Assembly (NCBI RefSeq): GCF_009914755.1 | Contig: NC_060944.1 | Direction: 5' to 3' (one strand) | From: the human T2T-CHM13v2.0 reference genome, Homo sapiens | Length of the DNA: 64,000 nt | Part shown: positions 55,195 to 64,000 of the stretch, piece after piece | Layout: every line of letters starts with the position of its first letter | How positions within the stretch are numbered: the stretch's first letter is position 1 | The notes under the pieces: generated by a model | Databases searched by the model: none | The model's input: the letters and a program-made list of their open reading frames with translations, nothing else | What the model was told of the DNA's origin: nothing | Program-made: the position numbers and the translations under genes

Positions 55195-56490
55195 CAGTTG
55201 ACCCTTGAACAACATGGAGATTTAGGGTGTCAACCCCCATGCAGCTGAAAATTTTTTGACTCCCCCAAAATTTAACTACTAGTAGCCTACTGTTGACTGG
55301 AAGCCTTAATGACATAAAAAGTCCATTAACATCTATGTTTTATGTATTATTTACTGTATTCGTATGATAAAGTAAGCTGGAGAAAAGAAAATGTTATTAA
55401 GAAAATCATAAGGAAGATAAAATACATTTATAATACTATGCTGTATTTATTGATACCATCAGTTTATATCATTTGTTTACAAGATGAATCATCAGTCTGA
55501 AATCTTCAGTACACATTAAGCAATTCAACTTTTTCTTGAAATGTCGTGACTTTTTTTTGCTTTTTGGGAGCACTGCTAGCATCACTGGTGGCACTTTGTA
55601 TGGGTGCATGATGTTATTCAAGGTTTACAGTATTGCACTAAACATGATTTTTTTTAAATGTGAAACTGCAAGAGATCACTTTTTACTGCACTATGCAATT
55701 TACTGGAGAGATGGTGAGGATGATTAGTATCACAGAGCATTTTAAACGGATGCTCACAACACTTGAGTTCACCACAATAATAGGAGGTGGCTATGAAATT
55801 ATTAGAGTAGTACAGTATGGACTACAGTTAATTTTATACAATTATGATTTAATACTTCACCTTTACATTTCTCTCAACTGCAAATAGGCCCATGTATGGT
55901 CTATATTTGTTTAAGTCTCATCAATTTTAACTTTTCATAGTAGATTTATATGTATTTTATGATAGTAAATAATAGACTAGACTAGTATCTACATATATTT
56001 TATCCATTCATGACATGCCTAATTTTTTCTAAATTTTCTCAATATTTCTAAGTAACACATTCATCTGCAAGTTTGTCTTAATTGTTGCAAATCTCCAAAG
56101 CATTTTCCAGTGTATTTATTGAAAAAAAATCCTGGCCAGGTACAATGGCACATGCCTGTAATCTCAGCATTTTGGGAGGCTGAGGAGGGAGGACTGCTTG
56201 AGCCCAGGAGTTTGAGACCAGCCTGGGCAACATAGTGAGATCTCATCTATACAAAAAATAGAAAAATTAGCCAGGCATGGTGGCATGCACCTGTGGTCTT
56301 AGCTATTTAGGAGGCTGAGATGGGAGGCTCAGTTGAGCCCAGGCAGTCAAGGGTGCAATGAGCTATGATCACACCGCTGTTCCCCAGCCTGGGCATCAGA
56401 GCAAGACCCTGTCTCAAAAAAAAGGAAGAAAGAAATTCACACAAAAGTGGATCCACACCATTCAAACCCATGATGTCCAAGGGTCCACTG
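55195..56490. mobile_element. Tigger2-family element (Tigger2b-like) containing an AluJ
   Basis: TIRs cagttgacccttgaacaacatgg and ccatgatgtccaagggtccactg, each flanked by a TA target duplication (55193-55194, 56491-56492). Confidence 0.88.
56134..56432 (+). mobile_element. AluJ
   Basis: gcttgagcccaggagtttgagaccagcctgggcaacatagtgaga; gagctatgatc. Confidence 0.92.
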
Positions 56491-57002
56491 TACATGCTCA
56501 TGCTCATTAGCAATATTTTTTATCATCCAGGTTGGAGACGAGAAAGCTGAGCCCCCAAGATGTAATTTGTTCAAAGGGACACTGCTAATAAATTAGCCAT
56601 GGTTTCAATCCTACAGTATAAGAAGTGTAATTCAACTTGGTCCAACAGATGTGAATGCCTACCACAGAAGTCATTGAGTGTCTTTCTAGGATAGAAAGAT
56701 AAATCATATATAAGCCTACGCTCTCTGGTAGGGAAAATTATTAAAAATGAAAATTAAAAAAGCAATGATTCTGAAAAAATATATTCGTTCATTAAAAAAA
56801 AAAAATGAAAATTAAGCTTCTACGGTCACATTCAAATAGAGCCATAGCCGTCATTCTGGGAAGACAAAAGAAAGGATGGCCCATGCTGACCAAGGAGGTT
56901 TTAAGTGGTTTCACCCAAGAGGAAGCATTGGACCCGGACCCAGAAGGGTGAATGGATTTTTAAGGGGTAACCTGAGTTCTGTTTCTTTTCCCCCTTTTCT
57001 AG

Positions 57003-57071
57003 GCTGATTCCAACAAAACCAGAATTGATGAGGCCAACCAACGTGCAACAAAGATGCTGGGAAGTGGTTAA
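57003..57071 (+). CDS. SNAP25: SNAP25 exon 8 CDS (ADSNKTRIDEANQRATKMLGSG*)
   Basis: Acceptor ttttctAG at 57001-57002; TAA at 57069-57071; S187; Q197 (57039-57041) and R198 (57042-57044) form the BoNT/A bond. Confidence 0.99.
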   Translation, partial: ADSNKTRIDEANQRATKMLGSG

Positions 57072-57674
57072 GTGTGCCCACCCGTGTTCTCCTCCAAATG
57101 CTGTCGGGCAAGATAGCTCCTTCATGCTTTTCTCATGGTATTATCTAGTAGGTCTGCACACATAACACACATCAGTCCACCCCCATTGTGAATGTTGTCC
57201 TGTGTCATCTGTCAGCTTCCCAACAATACTTTGTGTCTTTTGTTCTCTCTTGGTCTCTTTCTTTCCAAAGGTTGTACATAGTGGTCATTTGGTGGCTCTA
57301 ACTCCTTGATGTCCTGAGTTTCATTTTTCATTTTCTCTCCTCGGTGGCATTTGCTGAATAACAACAATTTAGGAATGCTCAATGTGCTGTTGATTCTTTC
57401 AATCCACAGTATTGTTCTTGTAAAACTGTGACATTCCACAGAGTTACTGCCACGGTCCTTTGAGTGTCAGGCTCTGAATCTCTCAAAATGTGCCGTCTTT
57501 GGTTCCTCATGGCTGTTATCTGTCTTTATGATTTCATGATTAGACAATGTGGAATTACATAACAGGCATTGCACTAAAAGTGATGTGATTTATGCATTTA
57601 TGCATGAGAACTAAATAGATTTTTAGATTCCTACTTAAACAAAAACTTTCCATGACAGTAGCATACTGATGAGA

Positions 57675-57723
57675 CAACACACACACACACAAAACAACAG
57701 CAACAACAACAGAACAACAACAA
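57675..57723. repeat. (CA)n/(CAA)n compound repeat in the 3'UTR
   Basis: Direct observation. Confidence 0.85.
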
Positions 57724-58272
57724 AGCATGCTCAGTATTGAGACACTGTCAAGATTAAGTTATACCAGCAAAAGTGCAGTAGTGTCACTTTTTTCCTGTCA
57801 ATATATAGAGACTTCTAAATCATAATCATCCTTTTTTAAAAAAAAGAATTTTAAAAAAGATGGATTTGACACACTCACCATTTAATCATTTCCAGCAAAA
57901 TATATGTTTGGCTGAAATTATGTCAAATGGATGTAATATAGGGTTTGTTTGCTGCTTTTGATGGCTACGTTTTGGAGAGAGCAATCTTGCTGTGAAACAG
58001 TGTGGATGTAAATTTTATAAGGCTGACTCTTACTAACCACCATTTCCCCTGTGGTTTGTTATCAGTACAATTCTTTGTTGCTTAATCTAGAGCTATGCAC
58101 ACCAAATTGCTGAGATGTTTAGTAGCTGATAAAGAAACCTTTTAAAAAAATAATATAAATGAATGAAATATAAACTGTGAGATAAATATCATTATAGCAT
58201 GTAATATTAAATTCCTCCTGTCTCCTCTGTCAGTTTGTGAAGTGATTGACATTTTGTAGCTAGTTTAAAATT

Positions 58273-58278
58273 ATTAAA
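58273..58278 (+). terminator. SNAP25: Polyadenylation signal ATTAAA (a second ATTAAA at 58206-58211)
   Basis: Variant hexamer with upstream TGTA elements, a CA about 13 nt downstream, and a U-rich tract after it. Confidence 0.75.
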
Positions 58279-58709
58279 AATTATAGACTCCAGATGATCT
58301 GCTTTAATTTCTTCATGGACTCGTCTGATTTTGCACTCACACGAGAAGAGAAAGCCTGGCTACCCTATCCCAGCTACTAAAAGCCAGTTCTGTGCACCGA
58401 GGACAGTGTGGGGGAAAATAGAAGATTTAAGCATGATTCCAGTGGCAACTGACAACTTGGCTTGATTCTCATAACCTGCTCCAGAATTACTTTGTGAATT
58501 CAGTGTTGACTAAGGGAGAAAATGTAGTTATCCAGAACACATAGAAAGAAAAATTTATAGGAAAAAAATCTATGGTACCCAGGCATGGCCCTACATAGAT
58601 TCAGGTATATCTGGTGTCTGTCAACTCCAATCTTCCTTCCTTTCCACAAAATCCCCACCATCTAAAATTGAGGGCTTCACTACCACACCACCACTGACTC
58701 CATGTTTTT

Positions 58710-59530
<821 letters not shown>

Positions 59531-59555
59531 CACTTGCCCCACAGTTTTACCAACA

Positions 59556-59880
59556 TCATTGCCTGTCCCACCACAACCACCACTAACACCTCCACCACCA
59601 TCACCTCCACCATCACTATCCCTACTCCTACTAACACCACCACTGCCTCAATTATCACCACCTTACCTTTTCCACTGGCTCTACCACCTCCACACCATCT
59701 TAACCAGCATGCCCATTACCTCCACCTTTATTACCACCACCATTATAATCACCATCATCACCTCCATCACCACCACCGCTCCCACTGCCACCATCACCAC
59801 CACCACCTGACCATCCATCTCCTCTGCCAACATCATCATCATCACTTCCATCACCTCTGCCACCTCCTCCACCTCTCTCT
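59556..59880. repeat. Low-complexity (CAC/CAT)n repeat
   Basis: Degenerate trinucleotide array; explains the His/Thr/Pro/Gly/Val-rich ORFs. Confidence 0.92.
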
Positions 59881-61410
59881 ATGTCCACATAGTAGCAATG
59901 CAGATACATTCATCCTGGTTGCCTTGGTTGGCTGTCAGATAATTTTATCCATAAAAGCATCTCTGGAGGTTTGGTGAGAGCAATTAAGGAGCAAGAACAG
60001 TGATGACAGTAAATATGAGTAGTTCTTTAACCTTTTCACAAGCCTGAGAACAGGCTCTATAAGTAGCCAGTGGCTTTTGGAAGTTATTCTAAGGCACAAT
60101 AGTAACAACAAACTTATTCCTTAAAATTAAGGTAGTAGAAAGGATGCTAGAAGATGGGAAAAGTGAATAAATTTACTGCATACGTCAAAGCTGCCAAGGG
60201 GTCAAATATGGGCCACATTTGAAAATTCTGTTCCAAACTCCATCTGTTCTTAGCCAGATGAGTGAGTGTGTTTCCACATCATTTGAGTAATTAAAACCTC
60301 TCACTGGATACATTAAAAGTAAGATACAGGCATTTTGCTTTAAAGCCTGTCACATTATTTTTTCTGAAGCATATTTCTTTTGATGATTGAGGTTATCCAG
60401 CCACCACTTGTATGCAGTCATCTCCGTTAGGCTAAAGGGAGACCTATGCCTCAGGGATGAATCAGCTCTGGGTAATGCGCCAACTCAGAAAGTACATTAG
60501 AAATGAAATGATTAGGGCAATGTGGAACACTGTGAAAGCTCAATCTTCTACCTCCCTCCTACTTGGCACTGGCAGAGGACCCTTCTACAAAAGACCAGAA
60601 GGTGAAGGGTGGCCCCAGATCCCAGTAACAGAGTCCTTTTCTCTTGTCGGACTCTCATTTCTATTTCTGTTACCCTTCTTCCACATCCTCCTCCAGCCTC
60701 TGCTTTCACCAACTTTCCCCAATCTCTGTGTCACTAATTCATTAATAAACTGATGATTGCATTGAAAAAGAAAAGAAAATCCGTATTTTGTGATCATCTA
60801 TCTAGTACATGCCAGGCATTGTGCTAAGTGCTTCATTTATGTTGACTCATTAAACTCTTAAAAAAAAAAAGCTTGGCAATTTGGCAAAACCAGCATTATT
60901 AGCCCCATTTTGCGGATGAAGAAATTGATAGTTTATTTGAACAAGCTCTCTCAGCTAATAAGTGATGTAGTGTGATTTAAGCCAGATGTGTGTGACTTTG
61001 AAGTTTTAGAGAGTCCTGAAATATACATTTCAGAAATGCACCTTTGTCAATTCAGCCAGCCAAGAAACTCCTGGAGACAATTGCCTCCACAAGGAGAAGC
61101 AAAGAAAGATGGACTAGATGTCATAGCAGAAGGTCCTTGTGAACATACCTTTTATTCACTCATTCATTCAATAAATATTTACTGAGCTTCCATTATATAT
61201 CAAGCCCTGTTCTGAGTATTGGAAAAACAGCAATAGGAGAAACAAAAAGCAAACAGACAAAGCAGGGAAAATTCCTTGCATTAACTGAACTTACACTCAA
61301 GCTAGGGACAGAGAGATTAACAATATATAAAGGATATGGAATGGTAAATGTTGTAGAGAAATGCAACACAATGAAGGGGGTACAGAGCATAAGAGGTAGG
61401 ACAGAGGGTG

Positions 61411-61810
61411 TATCTTAGTCCACTTGTGCTGCTATAACCAAATACCACAGACTGGGTAATTCATAAATAAAAGAAATTTATTTCTCGCAGTTCTGAAGAC
61501 TGGGAAGTCCAAGATCGAGTTATCAGCAAATTTGATGTCTGGTAAGGGCTGCTCTCTGTGCTTCAAAGATGGTGCCTTATTGCTGCATCCTCTGGAGGGG
61601 AAAAACTGTGTCCTCACATGGAGGAAGGTAGAAGGACAAAAGGGACTAAGCTAGTTCTCTCCAGCCCTGTTAAAAGGCATTAATTCATTCATGAGAGTGA
61701 AGTTCTCATGACTTAATCACTCCCCAAAAGCCCCTATTTCTTAATACCACCACAATGGGGTTTAAGTTTCAACACATGAATTTTGGAGGTGACACATTCA
61801 ATTCATAGCC
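61411..61810 (-). mobile_element. MLT1A/MST-type MaLR solo LTR inserted in an L2 fragment (~61150-61900)
   Basis: tcttagtcc...tgctgctataaccaaataccacagactgggtaatt...ttcaacacatgaattttggagg; near 5-bp TSD gggtg/aggtg. Confidence 0.85.
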
Positions 61811-62659
61811 AGGTGTTACTGTAAAATAGAATGGTCAGGGAAGACCTCACCAATAAAGTGAAGTTTAGTCAGGGAATTCTTCAAGGTTTAGAGTAATTAA
61901 AATACATCCAGAGTGACCCACTGGAGAAGCAGAGGCTGAAAGTGATGAAATGAAAGTACAAATTGCCTCTATCTTATCATTTAATAATAGTGGAGTACCT
62001 CCTCTGTGAATCAGTACTCGTGTTAAGTATTTCCTACCTATGCTAGAAGAAAGTTGCAAACCCTTGGCCCAGTGAGCAAGGAAGCAAGTTCAGATAATGA
62101 GACAAGTGGTATGCAAGCAATGAATGTCAAGTCAAATTTTCTTAGAAGAGTAGAAGGTGTTGACCTCATGGTCCAAGATTTAGGTCTTCATACAATCATC
62201 CACTTACTAATTTACCTTCAAACATGTTTGTTGTGTACCTACCTCAGGTTCTTTAAGTTTTGGATACTCAAGTCTGTCTCTTAGAATGTAGGGAACAAGA
62301 AAGCAAAGAAAAGTGAACCATTGTCAAGGCATTTAACTGTAGTACCTGCAGCTATCTCCTGGATGAGTTGCCAACACTCTCAGTTGTCTCACTGTTCTGG
62401 AGGAGCAATCCCAGGCAGGATGCCTCCAGCTGGTATTCACCACCCACCATTACACAGTCCTTGGCTCCTCTAGCCTCTTGCCATAACATAGCTTCAAGAC
62501 CATTCTATTCAGGGGGTTGACTGCCTTGAGTTTATGATCCTATCTCCATAAAGAAATCAGAAAAATTTGGCCCATAATCCTCCTACCAGACCCTGCTGAT
62601 GCCTTGCCCACATCCTCCAAGCACACACCTCTGTTCATAAAAGGCTGTTTGCAGTGAAG

Positions 62660-63025
62660 AATCATGTAATTCTCTGCCTTGCGGCAGGGATAGCCAGAAC
62701 GCTGAAGTTTTAATGGCCTTGCAAGCAGTCATCAAGAATGGATGAGGATGGATGAGTGGATACCCCAGCTTCTTTGGCCCTAGGTTGGGATAACTCCAAG
62801 GTGTGTGTTCTGCATTGTCTCCCAGAGTTCCCCAGCTGAATCAATCTCTAATTGCTCATGTGATAACTCACCTGATACTTATCAACCACTTTACTGGCTA
62901 TCTGCTTTTCTCTGTCTCTTTCCCACCTTTCCTACTTGTTTTTTTCTGGAATCTCTTCTCAAATAAACTACTTGCCCAGAAAACCTTGTCTCACGGTCTG
63001 CTCTTCAGAGAGTCCTACTAAGGCA
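62660..63025 (+). mobile_element. LTR16-like (ERVL) solo LTR
   Basis: ccccagcttctttggccctaggttgggataactcc...caaataaactacttgccc...ccttgtctcacggtctgctc...ctaaggca. Confidence 0.7.
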
Positions 63026-64000
63026 ACACCTTCACAAGATTCAGGCCAGCTCCTAAGCATCTTCCCCAAAACACTGCTACAGAGAAATGTGCTGCCTTCC
63101 ATCTGCTTCAAAGCATTTTTTGGATCCATCATTATTCAGTGAAATGCCCCTTGGCATTCTTTGGTGCTGAGCAAGAAGCTGCATGCAAAGCAATACCAAA
63201 ACGATTGCCTAAACCTACTGCCCTTCACCATGAAACTTAGCCTTTGTCCTCAAGCATCACTACACCCTCCCCAAACAAGGGTTGGAGAAATGAAAGTTTA
63301 TAGTAAAAGGCAATGTTCTGCCTCCCACAAAATTGCACACTAAAGGGTAGCATGGACATGCTGTGGAAAGAGAATTCAATCAGGAGTCTTGATTAAGACT
63401 TCTCTGAGTTTTAGTCTATGGATAAGCAAAATGGACATCACGATGCTTGCCTTACTGATTCCACAGGGTGGTTGGGAATATCAACGAGGATAATGTTCAT
63501 TAAATTGCCTTGTAAATCTTCCATACCACTAAGATGATGATTAAGGTGAAAGGAAACAAAATCAGCACCATCAGGGTCAGAAACAGGCCTCTCTTGCTAC
63601 TTTTAATTAGAAAATTCACTTATCACATGCATGTGCATAGGTTGTACTCACTGGACTTCATCTTAGGTTTAAGTAAATTAATTTCACATCAACTATGTTT
63701 CATACCTTTGTCAGGTCTACCAATAAACTGCCCAAGTATCTCCATGTTCCCAGTTGTAGCAGTGGGGGTACTGAATTTTTCACCATTAAAATTCAGTCTC
63801 TGACCATTACCCAAAAGTCATCAAGGTCAAGGGCATTAATACTGTTTTCTCTATTGTTCATGTGCAGAAAATAGGAATACTTCCCCAAATGTTACTATGA
63901 GCCCAAACGACTTTTACGCTCCACAGTTCTATCTTACTGTTACCTATTGTTATCATTTTTGCCAGTACTGTTAATGATAATAAGGGAAACCAGGCAAAAT

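Larger units (their letters stand above)
57072..58292 (+). other. SNAP25: SNAP25 3'UTR, about 1.2 kb; end approximate
   Basis: AU-rich sequence without interspersed repeats after the stop, ending shortly after ATTAAA. Confidence 0.85.

Noticed and set aside
59534-59977. His/Thr/Pro/Gly-rich ORFs
   Set aside because: They come from a stop-poor CAC/CAT simple repeat.

Overview
Human (primate) genomic DNA containing the 3' ~26 kb of intron 1 and all coding exons of SNAP25 on the + strand. SNAP25 is the neuronal Qbc-SNARE; the chr20p12 location is from memory. The exons were placed by hand: exon 2 (26306-26440, ATG at 26369), 3 (28562-28603), 4 (35593-35641), the duplicated mutually exclusive 5a (43752-43869) and 5b (44031-44148), 6 (47798-47923), 7 (50141-50285) and 8 (57003 to ~58292, stop at 57069-57071). 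With one exon 5 the CDS is 72+42+49+118+126+145+69 = 621 nt = 206 aa plus stop, and all introns are GT-AG. The promoter and exon 1 lie upstream, outside the window. The rest is intronic or downstream sequence with Alus (one nested, most with target-site duplications), a 5'-truncated L1PA with an open ORF2 C-terminus, old L1M/L2/MIR fragments, Tigger/MER DNA transposons, MaLR/ERVL LTRs and microsatellites. Nearly all ORFs in the supplied track are spurious. I found no evidence of a new gene or wholly new system. The most interesting sequence-level leads are: (1) the exon 5a/5b switch, with an in-frame stop built into both donors, NMD enforcement, tandem hairpins overlapping an RBFOX motif, and a displaced pyrimidine tract; (2) sense-strand AATAAA arrays inside introns; (3) candidate RFX and REST sites; (4) a 3'UTR allele pair that may differ from the reference. 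Repeat subfamily names come from recalled consensus sequences, not a database search.
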